Below, piece by piece: positions 37,439 through 47,100 of a DNA stretch of 64,000 nt. Every line of letters starts with the position of its first letter. The first letter of the stretch is position 1. A model generated the notes under the pieces. It ran no database searches. It was not told the DNA's origin and was given only the letters and a program-made list of their open reading frames with translations. Position numbers and translations under genes: made by a program. The DNA comes from a virus (taxonomy: Duplodnaviria; Heunggongvirae; Uroviricota; Caudoviricetes), in IMG/VR virus record IMGVR_UViG_3300031993_000021; one strand, written 5' to 3'.

Positions 37439-37639
37439 ATGAAACTTAGTGATTTTTTGGCTGCCTTAAAGAGTCCTAATGTGCAGGTTGTTGTAACTGA
37501 CTTGCAGGATGTTGAAATATGTAAGATTTTTGCAACGTCTTACACAGCACTTGATGAATCAGTAAGTGAAAGGACTATCAATAGATGGACCATTAACAGT
37601 GCAACGAATATAGGAATTGTGCTGAATGACGCAACATAA
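37439..37639 (+). CDS. hypothetical protein
   Basis: 66 aa, AAAGGAG RBS. Confidence 0.55.
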   Translation: MKLSDFLAALKSPNVQVVVTDLQDVEICKIFATSYTALDESVSERTINRWTINSATNIGIVLNDAT

Positions 37640-37781
37640 AACATTGGACTTCGGTTCTAAATATGCTAGAATAGCATGGATGCTACCAAAAGCGGTAGGC
37701 GGTTGGCTCTTTGCCAGGTAAAACCTGAGAACTCCCTTGTTAAAAGGAGGTGTTTCATGGGAAATCTGCTATGGAGCTTTG

Positions 37782-37877
37782 ATGCTAAGACTATTGCTTA
37801 TAACTTTGAGTATGGACTTAGTGATAATGGGGGCAATAATCTTCGTTATCGCAGTCATCTTAAAGTTCAAGAGATAA
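37782..37877 (+). CDS. type I TA toxin-like hydrophobic peptide (31 aa; not in ORF track)
   Basis: MLRLLLITLSMDLVIMGAIIFVIAVILKFKR; GGAG upstream; transcript ends gatgctacc..ggtaggcggttggctct and agagctaaccgtctatcggtagcatc are complementary. Confidence 0.65.
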   Translation: MLRLLLITLSMDLVIMGAIIFVIAVILKFKR

Positions 37878-37884
37878 ATTTTTC

Positions 37885-37985
37885 CATCAAAAAAGACCGC
37901 TGAACACTTTGGACGAGTAGGAAGCGATCTTTTTTGATTGCAACTATAAACCAGAGCTAACCGTCTATCGGTAGCATCTTTCTAT
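37885..37985 (-). ncRNA. antisense antitoxin RNA
   Basis: minus-strand TTGCTA-16-TATTAT promoter near 37990-38020 and terminator aaaaaagaccgct...agcgatctttttt; ends approximate. Confidence 0.55.
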
Positions 37986-38372
37986 AACATAATAACATAA
38001 ATTAACCAAATAGCAAAATCTTTCCATAATGTTTGCAAACCAAACTATCCCCCCATGATTGGTTTGCTCCTCCTCTAGGACATCTATGTTTCATCGCATA
38101 GGTGTCTTTTTTGTCTGCTAGGCAAAACGATTTCCTCTTACTAGGGCGTATGGTGGTCAAACATCATGCGCTCTTTTTCTTTATCTGCCAGGGTGAAGAA
38201 CGCATTACAAAACCTCCGGGTGTGTATCTGTCAAAGGATATGCACCTTATCTACGCTCAGATTTATTCTGGGCGTTTTTTATTGTCATAAAAAGAACCTG
38301 AGAGAACAGTAAACACGCCATGAGGTTAGAGAAAACCCCAACAAAAAACACGAAAAGGAGAACACAGAAGAT

Positions 38373-39023
38373 ATGAAGAACAAAGTCAGAACCAACGAAT
38401 TGTTACCTATTAACTTGCAGTTTTTTGCCGAGGATGCAGCTGAAGGGGCAGATGAAAGCTCTGTATCGACGGACGGAGAAGGAAAATCTGAACCTGATGA
38501 AGGCGAACCATCCAAGAGTTATGAGGATGCGTTAAGTGAGATAGCAGCAGCTAAGGCAGAAGCTAAAAAGCTAAAGGCAGAAAGGGACGCAGCGCTTAAA
38601 AAGACGGGTGAAATTTCCAAACAGCTAAGAGCAAAGATGTCTGAGGATGAACTTAAGGCAGAACAGGATGCACAGGCTAAAGAGGAAAAAGAAGCTCATA
38701 TCAAAGAGCTTGAGCAGTACAAGGCAGAGAATGAAGCACTTAAACGCTATAGGCTTCAGGGCATGTCTGATGATCTTGCTACTAAGGCTGCAAAAGCTGA
38801 GATAGAGGGTGACATGGATGCACTTGCTGATGTTCAGAAACAGCATACACAGTCTCTTATCAAAGCAAAAGAAGCTGAATGGAAAGCATCACGTCCACGC
38901 GTAAACGTTGGCGATGATGAAGATTCTTCAATGACAAAGGAAGAGATTTTAGCAATTCAGGACAGAAACGAACGTACACAGGCAATTGCTTCTCATCTTT
39001 CTTTGTTTACAAAAAAAGCATAA
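38373..39023 (+). CDS. capsid scaffold protein (DUF4355-like)
   Basis: LPINLQFFAE motif, acidic linker, Ala/Lys/Glu coiled coil, directly before capsid gene. Confidence 0.85.
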   Translation: MKNKVRTNELLPINLQFFAEDAAEGADESSVSTDGEGKSEPDEGEPSKSYEDALSEIAAAKAEAKKLKAERDAALKKTGEISKQLRAKMSEDELKAEQDAQAKEEKEAHIKELEQYKAENEALKRYRLQGMSDDLATKAAKAEIEGDMDALADVQKQHTQSLIKAKEAEWKASRPRVNVGDDEDSSMTKEEILAIQDRNERTQAIASHLSLFTKKA

Positions 39024-39036
39024 AGGAGAAGAAAAA

Positions 39037-40209
39037 ATGGCAGCTGAAACTAATCTTATTAAGAAAGCCGACCTTGCTAAGGCAAGAGAGCTAGAGTTCG
39101 TTTATCGCTTCACCGACAGTATTAAGAAGCTCGTTGAGGCACTTGGAGTAACCAGAAAAGAAGCAAAGGTTGCAGGTACATACCTTAAGGCTTATAAGGC
39201 AACAGGTACTCTTCAGGATGGACTTGTTGCTGAGGGCGATATCATTCCTCTTAGCCACTATAAGACTGTTCCTGTTAACTTCGGTGAGATTCCTTTCAAG
39301 AAATGGAGAAAGGCTACATCTGCTGAAGCTATCATCGAGAAAGGTTACAATCAGGCAGTTACAATGACTACTGATGAAATGCTCAAGGATGCTCAGAAGG
39401 GTATCAAGAAGTATTTCTTCAACTTCCTTTCACAGGGTACAGGACTTGCATCCGGAACAACATTTCAGGCAACACTTGCAGCTATCTGGGGACAGTTACA
39501 GGTTCTCTTTGAGGATACAGAGATTGAGGCTGTATACTTCATGAACCCTCTTGATGTTGCAGATTATCTTGGCTCTGCACAGATTACTGTTCAGCAGGTA
39601 TTCGGAATGTCTTATGTTGAGAACTTCCTTGGACTTGGAACAGTTATTCTCAACTCAAATATTCCGAAGGGAACTATCTACGGAACAGCTAAGGAGAACT
39701 TGGTTCTTTACTTTGTTCCTGTAAACGGCGCTGATCTTGACGAAGTATTTGAGTTCACATCTGATGAGCTTGGCTACATCGGAATCCATGAGCTTCCTGA
39801 TTACAAGACAATGACAGCTGAGGATGTTGTTGTATCAGGTATCGTTCTCTTTGCTGAGAGAATCGATGGTATTGTTGTTGGTGAGATTGGTGCTACTGTA
39901 GCACCTACAATCACAACTCCTGATGTTACAATTGATCCTACAACACATGTAGGAACATACACAATTCCTGTTGGCGGAAGAGACACTATCCATATTAAGG
40001 TTGCACCTTCCGGAACAGAGTTTACTGTTACATCTTCTGATACATCTGAGGCAAAACTTAAGGTTGAGGATGGACTTCAGAATAATGACATTATCATTAC
40101 AGGTATCGATAGCACAACTTCTGGTGGCACAGATACTCCTGTTAGAATTACATGCACTGCTGGCAGCACATCAATTTACATCGATGTAACTGTTTCAGCT
40201 AGTGCTTGA
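39037..40209 (+). CDS. major capsid protein with C-terminal Ig-like extension
   Basis: follows scaffold; FKKWRKATSAEAI, FMNPLDVADYLG, LFAERIDGIVV; then Thr/Val-rich beta domain. Confidence 0.88.
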   Translation: MAAETNLIKKADLAKARELEFVYRFTDSIKKLVEALGVTRKEAKVAGTYLKAYKATGTLQDGLVAEGDIIPLSHYKTVPVNFGEIPFKKWRKATSAEAIIEKGYNQAVTMTTDEMLKDAQKGIKKYFFNFLSQGTGLASGTTFQATLAAIWGQLQVLFEDTEIEAVYFMNPLDVADYLGSAQITVQQVFGMSYVENFLGLGTVILNSNIPKGTIYGTAKENLVLYFVPVNGADLDEVFEFTSDELGYIGIHELPDYKTMTAEDVVVSGIVLFAERIDGIVVGEIGATVAPTITTPDVTIDPTTHVGTYTIPVGGRDTIHIKVAPSGTEFTVTSSDTSEAKLKVEDGLQNNDIIITGIDSTTSGGTDTPVRITCTAGSTSIYIDVTVSASA

Positions 40210-40229
40210 TAGAAAGAAGGGGAAGGCGT

Positions 40230-40580
40230 ATGCAGTATGAAGTAATTAGATATTTTACTGATGCGCAGGATAACGAGTATGCTTACCGCGAGGGTGATAT
40301 TTACCCTCGCGAGGGCTATACCGTTTCAGATGCGCGTATAAAGGATCTGCTTAGCGGAAACAACTTTCAGAGAGTACCACTTATCAAGCGTGTGACAAAC
40401 TCAAACGTTAAGAAAGAGAAGAAAGTTGAAGAAGCTAAGGAATACACAGCTGAAGACATCATGAAGATGCCTTATATGAAGCTTAAATCTGTTGCAAGAC
40501 AGAATAATGTCGATGTTAAGGATAGAGAAGCTGTTGAAATAAGAAATGAACTTATTGAGAAGTTGGGGTTAGGAACATGA
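40230..40580 (+). CDS. head-associated protein with C-terminal HeH/Rho-N-like motif
   Basis: YEVIRYFTDAQDN.YAYREGDIYPREG; MPYMKLKSVARQNNVDV. Confidence 0.65.
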   Translation: MQYEVIRYFTDAQDNEYAYREGDIYPREGYTVSDARIKDLLSGNNFQRVPLIKRVTNSNVKKEKKVEEAKEYTAEDIMKMPYMKLKSVARQNNVDVKDREAVEIRNELIEKLGLGT

Positions 40581-40918
40581 CAAAGAACGAGATGCTTGAT
40601 GAGATTTTCGAAAACTTAAAAGTGGAGATAAATGCGGATGATTCTCAATCTGACAAGGTAAATGAAACTCTTTTAAGATTGAAAGTCGAAGGAGCATATC
40701 GCGATGTCAAAAGGGCGAGGAATTATCCAAGTCACTATGCCGAAGCATGGGTTGAAAATGACATGCTAAATTATTATACCAACATAGAGGCAGTAGCCAG
40801 ATATGACTACAATAAGGTAGGAGCTGAAGGGCAGTCTACGTATAGTGCTGACGGGACAAGCATTCAGTATCTTAGCAGAGACAGTCTTTTCAGGGGAGTA
40901 TATCCTATCTCAAGATAA
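40577..40918 (+). CDS. head-tail connector (adaptor) protein
   Basis: position; YNKVGAEGQSTYSADGTSIQY. Confidence 0.75.
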   Translation: MTKNEMLDEIFENLKVEINADDSQSDKVNETLLRLKVEGAYRDVKRARNYPSHYAEAWVENDMLNYYTNIEAVARYDYNKVGAEGQSTYSADGTSIQYLSRDSLFRGVYPISR

Positions 40919-40928
40919 GGAGGGCGTT

Positions 40929-41363
40929 ATGAGAGTTGCAAGACGAATAAAGCAGCGTATGTATTATGCACTTCTTATAGGAAAAGAACCTATCTATGAA
41001 CGGGATGATAATGGAAATATCATATATAGAATTCATGCTGGCGAGAGAATTCCTGTAGAAACAGGTGAATTTAAGGATAAATATTCTGAGCCAATAATGT
41101 TCTTTAATTCAATCTCAGGACAGCTTACGGAAAATGAGTTACAGGCATTTGGAACGCAGAACATGGCAGATGCAAAGATGACTTACAAAAGAGGGCAGTA
41201 TCCATTCAGAACCGGTACACTTATTTGGAAACAATCTGAGATTAAGTATATCGATGATGAGATAGATCCGTCATCTGCGGATTTTAGGGTTATGGGTGTT
41301 ATGAATGAAGGACAGCTCTTTTGGAAGGCAATGATGCAAGCGGTATCTAATAATGAAGGTTGA
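40929..41363 (+). CDS. head closure (stopper) protein
   Basis: position and size in neck module. Confidence 0.6.
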   Translation: MRVARRIKQRMYYALLIGKEPIYERDDNGNIIYRIHAGERIPVETGEFKDKYSEPIMFFNSISGQLTENELQAFGTQNMADAKMTYKRGQYPFRTGTLIWKQSEIKYIDDEIDPSSADFRVMGVMNEGQLFWKAMMQAVSNNEG

Positions 41364-41919
41364 GCTATATCTTAATGAAAAAAGTGTAAATCATGCCATA
41401 GGACAGATAAAAGCATATCGCGACAGCTTGGCTGCAAAGAACGAACAGTTTGTTTATGAACTGCTTAATATCGGTATAAATGTAGCTAAAGAAAGAGCGA
41501 GCCACAATGGATATGGACAGTATATTACTTTTTATAAAGAAGGGACGGGCGGAATTACTACTATAGGTTATCTTGTAGGTGAAGATACTCAAAAGATAGT
41601 TACGCAGTGGCAATATGATAAAAAAGGTTCAATAAAAACTGCTGCAATCAGCCCTATTCTTTTTGCTGAATTTGGTAGCGCCAACTATGCAAGAGTTCCT
41701 TTTGACATAGATGGAGTTGGACAAGGTACTTTCCCCGGACAGACACATGCTTATGATGGTTCATGGTGGGTTAAGAAATTAGATCCAAGCACAGGAGAAT
41801 ATGTATGGACAAAGTGGAGCGGTGTAACGCCGACTCAGCCGATGTATCATGCAGAAATGAAAATGTATGAGCAGATTTACAACGTAGCGAGAAAGGTGTT
41901 TAGGACAGATGGTAGATGA
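41353..41919 (+). CDS. HK97 gp10-like neck protein
   Basis: ILFAEFGSA, PTQPMYHA motifs. Confidence 0.65.
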   Translation: MKVELYLNEKSVNHAIGQIKAYRDSLAAKNEQFVYELLNIGINVAKERASHNGYGQYITFYKEGTGGITTIGYLVGEDTQKIVTQWQYDKKGSIKTAAISPILFAEFGSANYARVPFDIDGVGQGTFPGQTHAYDGSWWVKKLDPSTGEYVWTKWSGVTPTQPMYHAEMKMYEQIYNVARKVFRTDGR

Positions 41920-42346
41920 AACATGGTATGACAAGATTGAATCTTATATATTGACCATTCTTAAGTACGAGCTTGTACAGAAGTCTTCAGCGCCATTTCC
42001 GAAACTTACCTGTACTACTTCTAATCAGGAAGAATCGCTTGAACTTGTTGGCGATTTCCCAACCATGTACGTACATATGTTATCTCCGTATGAAATTGGA
42101 AGGGATCTTACTAATGACAATGTAAATGGTATTAGTTGCACTTTTGAGCTTACTGTTTATTCAGATAAGTCAGAAAAAGAGTGCAGACAAATCATAACCG
42201 CAGGCATTCAGCAGATGAAGAAACTGCATTTTAATGTCGAAACGTTTCCTGATCCAAGAACATCAGACAAAAAGTATATTGCAATTACAAGGCTTAACAG
42301 AGTGATTGCAAGCGGTGATAAGGAATTAGTGCCGCAAGATGAATGA
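41909..42346 (+). CDS. tail terminator protein
   Basis: position before major tail gene; FPTMYV, TFELTVYS. Confidence 0.6.
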   Translation: MVDETWYDKIESYILTILKYELVQKSSAPFPKLTCTTSNQEESLELVGDFPTMYVHMLSPYEIGRDLTNDNVNGISCTFELTVYSDKSEKECRQIITAGIQQMKKLHFNVETFPDPRTSDKKYIAITRLNRVIASGDKELVPQDE

Positions 42347-42431
42347 TTTAGCTCACATGAGCTTTTCATAGAAAAACAAAGAGAGGAGTAATCCTCTTTT
42401 TTAATGCCATTTTTGGCAGAAAGGAGAAAAT

Positions 42432-42917
42432 ATGGCAGTTCAAGAGGCAGGTCTGTCCACATTAGGAGTTAAATTTGGATACGCCGTTGAGACTGTTGCG
42501 GGAACACAGCCCTCAGCATTTACACAGCTTGAAAGATGTAATGCAATTGCTGGTATCGAGTTGTCTACAGAGACTATCGACGCTTCAGCTCTTGAAGATT
42601 ACATCACCAAATATATCGCAGGTAGACAGGATTCAGGCGGTGAGTGGACAATCACATTCAACTACACAGCTGAAGTAGCAACACAGCTTCAGACAATGAT
42701 CTCAGCTTATAACACAGCAAAGGCATCTAACCTTAAGACATGGTTTGAGGTTTGGATTCCTAATGCAACTAATGGTTTCTATGTAGTTGCACAGCCCCCT
42801 CAGAGACTTCCTATGCCGGAGTTCTCACAGAATGAGCTTCTGACAATCGAAGTTGGATTCGCTGTTGAGGATTACAAGGGTGAGCTTACAGCAATTGAGC
42901 CGACAGCGGCGGGGTAA
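42432..42917 (+). CDS. major tail (tube) protein
   Basis: TETIDASALEDYITKYIAGRQDSGGEWTITFNY. Confidence 0.85.
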   Translation: MAVQEAGLSTLGVKFGYAVETVAGTQPSAFTQLERCNAIAGIELSTETIDASALEDYITKYIAGRQDSGGEWTITFNYTAEVATQLQTMISAYNTAKASNLKTWFEVWIPNATNGFYVVAQPPQRLPMPEFSQNELLTIEVGFAVEDYKGELTAIEPTAAG

Positions 42918-43249
42918 ATAGCTCTGGTGGAAGTGGCAATCAGAGCGGTAACTCTAGTCAGACCACTGGTTATCTTGATGCAACAGCACTCGGCGCAATG
43001 TCTGATTCTGATATTCTTACTCTTGCAACACAGAGAGGTTACACAATAGGAGCAGATTCGGATACAACTGAAGAGATCATAAATGACTTCCTGGATGAGC
43101 AGGAACTTAAGTATCCGTTTACTCAGGCGGAACTTGAAGAACTTACGGTTAATGAAATCGAGGCTATTGCAACAGCAAGAGGTTACACGATAACCGAGAC
43201 ACTTAAAGCAGACATTATTACTGAGTTTTTGTCTATACAAAATGCTTGA
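42914..43249 (+). CDS. -1 frame extension of major tail protein (Gly/Ser linker plus two HeH/LEM-like repeats)
   Basis: open -1 frame begins at G GGG TAA: VNSSGGSGNQSGNSSQTT...LTLATQRGYTI...EAIATARGYTI. Confidence 0.6.
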   Translation, partial: VNSSGGSGNQSGNSSQTTGYLDATALGAMSDSDILTLATQRGYTIGADSDTTEEIINDFLDEQELKYPFTQAELEELTVNEIEAIATARGYTITETLKADIITEFLSIQNA

Positions 43250-43317
43250 CGGAACATGGGGCGGCTTTCGGGCTGCCCCTTTCCCTTTAAGCATTTAGGG
43301 GAAAGGAAAAGGATTAT

Positions 43318-43710
43318 ATGAGAACTTTTTTGATTAATAACAAACGATATGTAGCAAAAGAATTTACTTTCGGTGCAGTAAGACAGCTTGAAGGTTATGG
43401 GCTTTCGCTTACTGATGTACAGAATAAGCCAATGACTCTCGCAGCTGCTTATCTTGCATTCTGTGCAGGTATCAATATGGATGCAGCTGATAATGAGATT
43501 CAGGAGCATGTTATCAAAGGCGGAAATCTTGATGGTATTTTTGAAGCTGTCACAGAGGCTATGAATGAATCACGTTTTTTTCAGGCGCTCAACAAAAAGG
43601 CAGAGGCGGAGGAAGTTCAGGATATTCCGGAAACACCAGTAGTTCCGATTCAGGAAATTCCTGTTCAGCCAGTGACAATAACACCGGTAGGAGAGACATT
43701 CGTTCAGTAA
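43318..43710 (+). CDS. tail assembly chaperone
   Basis: between major tail and tape measure genes; slippery T TTT TTT at 43575-43581. Confidence 0.8.
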   Translation: MRTFLINNKRYVAKEFTFGAVRQLEGYGLSLTDVQNKPMTLAAAYLAFCAGINMDAADNEIQEHVIKGGNLDGIFEAVTEAMNESRFFQALNKKAEAEEVQDIPETPVVPIQEIPVQPVTITPVGETFVQ

Positions 43711-44114
43711 AATATAAAACTCTTACCGAAGAATATGAGAAAGAACTTTTACCTTCAGTATTGGCTTTGGGATATTCATATTGGGATTTTTGGAATATGA
43801 ATCCAAGGATATTAGAACCGATACTTGAGGGATATAAACTTAAACGAAAGATAATAGATGAGAATCAATGGCTTTTGGGCGGATACATTTTCGAAGCTGT
43901 ATCTATTGCTATTGGAAATATGGCAAAGAAAAAAGGTCAAAAGCCAAATAACTATTTTGAAGAAATCAAAAAGCCAGCATTGCAAACAGTTAGCTCAAAT
44001 AACGGAGAACTAACTGAAGAAGAAAAGCAAAAGAGGCTTGATCGTCTTGTAGCAGGACTAAGAATAAAGCAGGCAAACTTTGAATTGGCAAAACAGCAAA
44101 AGAAAGGGCAGTGA
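43575..44114 (+). CDS. tail assembly chaperone -1 frameshift extension (gpGT-like)
   Basis: -1 frame open from 43575 through ALGYSYWDFWNMNPR to 44114. Confidence 0.7.
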   Translation, partial: FFSGAQQKGRGGGSSGYSGNTSSSDSGNSCSASDNNTGRRDIRSVKYKTLTEEYEKELLPSVLALGYSYWDFWNMNPRILEPILEGYKLKRKIIDENQWLLGGYIFEAVSIAIGNMAKKKGQKPNNYFEEIKKPALQTVSSNNGELTEEEKQKRLDRLVAGLRIKQANFELAKQQKKGQ

Positions 44115-44135
44115 TTTAGGTCGCTGTCCTTTTCT

Positions 44136-47100
44136 ATGGGGATGAATACTATGAATGTAGATTCATTAAACATACAAATTAAATCAAGCGCAACTGATGC
44201 TAAAAATTCTATAAATGGTCTTGTCGATTCTCTTAAATCATTAAATAGGCAACTTGGCTTAAAAGAAGGCACCAAATTTGTAAATACAATCAATGCTATG
44301 TCAAGTGCTATTGAAACCCTTACGAAAAATGTCAATGGAATGGGTAACATGGCATCCGGCTTAGATAAAGCAACTGAAAGTGCTGAAGGTGTTTCAAAGG
44401 CAACGCAGAATGCGACAGATAATACCAAACAATTGCTTGCTGTTGTAGATAAGGTATCTAAAGAGTTTGGTGATTATTCCAAAATGGTTGATAGAGCATT
44501 TCAATTGGATACTCATCAAGCGTTCGATTCAAAGCCTTTCGCAGATGTAACAAAAAAGACAGAAAAGCTGCTTCCCGCGACTACACGAGTTACAGAACAG
44601 ATAGAGAAGTTAGTTAAAGATTTTAATGCTATAAATCCTACTCATTTTGATAACATGGAGGAAGGTGCGAAAAAAGCCGTAGTACCGATTGAGGAACTGC
44701 TTAATTCTATTAGGAATTACAAGAAAGTTATTTCGGAAACAGAGAGTGGAAAACGTGCATTTGATCTTAAATTATACAATGATGCAGTAGTAGGGCTAAA
44801 TAAAGCAAAAAAAGCTGTTGATGAGTATAAGAAATCACTTATTGGAGCAGAAGAAGCAACTAACACTTTGTCCGAAAAGATGACATCGCTTAATACAAAA
44901 ACAGCGGTATCATCTATTCCAAAAGATTTTAAAGAAGTATATGAAAATGCATTAAAATCAGCTCAGGCTGCGGAAGAGTTAGCAAAAGGAACGCATAAAG
45001 CAAAAAGCGAGATTGAACAGCTGCTTGAAAAGTACAGGGAATATAAAAAGCTTATTTCCGAAATGGAAAGCGGAAAAAGACCTTTTGATGAAAATGAGTA
45101 TAATGCAGCGGTTAAAGGCTACAACCAGGCTAAAAATGCAATCGAGGAATACAAGAAATCTCTTACTAAAGTACCTGATAAGCCAAAGGCATTTTCTTTT
45201 GCACAAGACCTTTTACCTCGGCTTGTTGTGCTTGAAAAGGAATTTGATAACATTGCAGGCAAATTAAACATGTTGGCGGGCAAAGGCGTTGCATTATTTA
45301 AACTAATGGTTACACCGCTTAAGCTTGCGGCAAAGGAATATGTTGAAAAATTCGAGAATTTAAAATCAGCAGTAGAAGGTTTTCGTGACCATATAATATC
45401 AAGTTTAAAAAGAGTATCGCAATTTTGGGCTAGAACGATGCGCACATTTACCTTTATGCTTGTCAGAAAAGCAATTACAGCAATTATTTCTGAGGTAAAT
45501 AATGCTATAAAATCTTTAGCTCAGTTTTCAAATGCAATGGGAACTCAGTTTAATCAGAGTATTTCTAATCTTGTTGCTGATTTCCAGTATTTAGGTCGCT
45601 CTATTGTAAGTGTTTTCGCGCCTTTGTTAGAGACAATCACACCTATTATTGATGCCATTGTTGAGAAGATTGCAACGCTTCTTTCATATATAGGTATGTT
45701 ATTTGCTGTATTAGGTGGAAAATCATCTTTTACAAAAGCAAAGAAAGAAATGGTTAATTATGGAGCAGCCGCTGGCAAAGCTGCTAAATCCGTTAGTACT
45801 CTGACAATGGGAATAGATGAACTTAATATTCTTTCAGAGAACAAAGGTGGTGGCGGTGGAGATGGTGCTTCTAATCCGCTTTCAGGATGGGAAGAAATTG
45901 ATATTCCGGATGGCGTTAAGCACATTGCCAATATGCTTAAGAAAATGTGGGATGATTTTATGCGTCCTATTAAAGCCGCCTGGGAAAAGATGAAGGACTA
46001 CTTCAAAAAAGCATGGACTTATATGCTTAACCAGGCAAAGAAGCTCGGTAAATCTATCTGGGATGCGTTTATTGAAGTATGGAACGAACCTAAAACCATT
46101 GAAATGATCGCTAATATTTTTGGAATTATAGCTGATTTGATGTTTGTTATTGGCAATCTTTGCAAAAATTTTAGAGAATCTTGGGATGAAGTGGTTGATG
46201 GTGCTACCAGAGGAGTTCATATATTTAGGGGTATCCGAGACATTTTTGCTGTTCTTATTGAACATGTAAGAAATGTAACGAAATATATGATTTATTGGTC
46301 GGACAGCATTACCTTTGATCCATTACTTGACAGTATTATCAAGTTACTTCATTCGTTCTATGACTTGGCTGATTTTATTGGCGGTGTATTTGAAGATGTA
46401 ATGAAAAGAGTTGTTCTTAAATACATCAAATGGATGATTGAAGAGGGAATACCTCATCTAAATCACAAGATAGCAGAGATAATTGATGCATTTGATTTTG
46501 AAAAGATTCGTCAGGATTTAGTGCCTCTAGAAGATGCATTTGAACGATTACTTGAGCATATACATACAGGTGTTACTGATGCATTAGGAAATCTCGGTTT
46601 ACAAATTGCTGAATTTACAAATTCAGAAGAGTTTACAGATTTCCTACAAAGACTTGCCGATATCATGGATATGTTTTCCTCGGAAGATGTTGAAAAGATA
46701 TTGACTGGAATAGGCATGGGAATTTTAGGAGTAGCTGATGGATTAGTACAGTTTGTAAATTCTGATCTATTCATGTCGTTTCTTGAGAAGCTTGATGAGT
46801 GGCTTGAAAATGCCACGGCAGAAGATATTGCTACCTTACTTCAAAGAATTGCCTTTGCTATTGGATTATTTAAGTTCGGTGCTTTTGCAGGCGAAGGATT
46901 TGCAGGATTCCTTAGATTTGCAATGATGCTGAAATCTTGGACAAATCTAAACACTATTGCAGAGGGGTTAACAGCAACAGGAGCAGGAGCTTCTACAGCG
47001 GCAGGAGGATTTGCAGCTCTCGCTGAACCTGCTCTTTTAGTGGCTGCGGTATTGGCATTAGTTGTAGCTGCAATTTATTCATTGGTTAGTTCATATGGCG

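Noticed and set aside
38986-39037. Scaffold-capsid fusion by frameshift at acaaaaaaagca
   Set aside because: The capsid frame is +1 relative to the scaffold, not the -1 this A-run would favour, and the capsid gene has its own AAGGAG RBS.
42386-42394. 9-nt match (gagtaatcc) to the start of the omegaRNA guide segment, upstream of the major tail gene
   Set aside because: A 9-mer is expected by chance in 64 kb on two strands and it lies in a terminator-like hairpin; not evidence of self-targeting.
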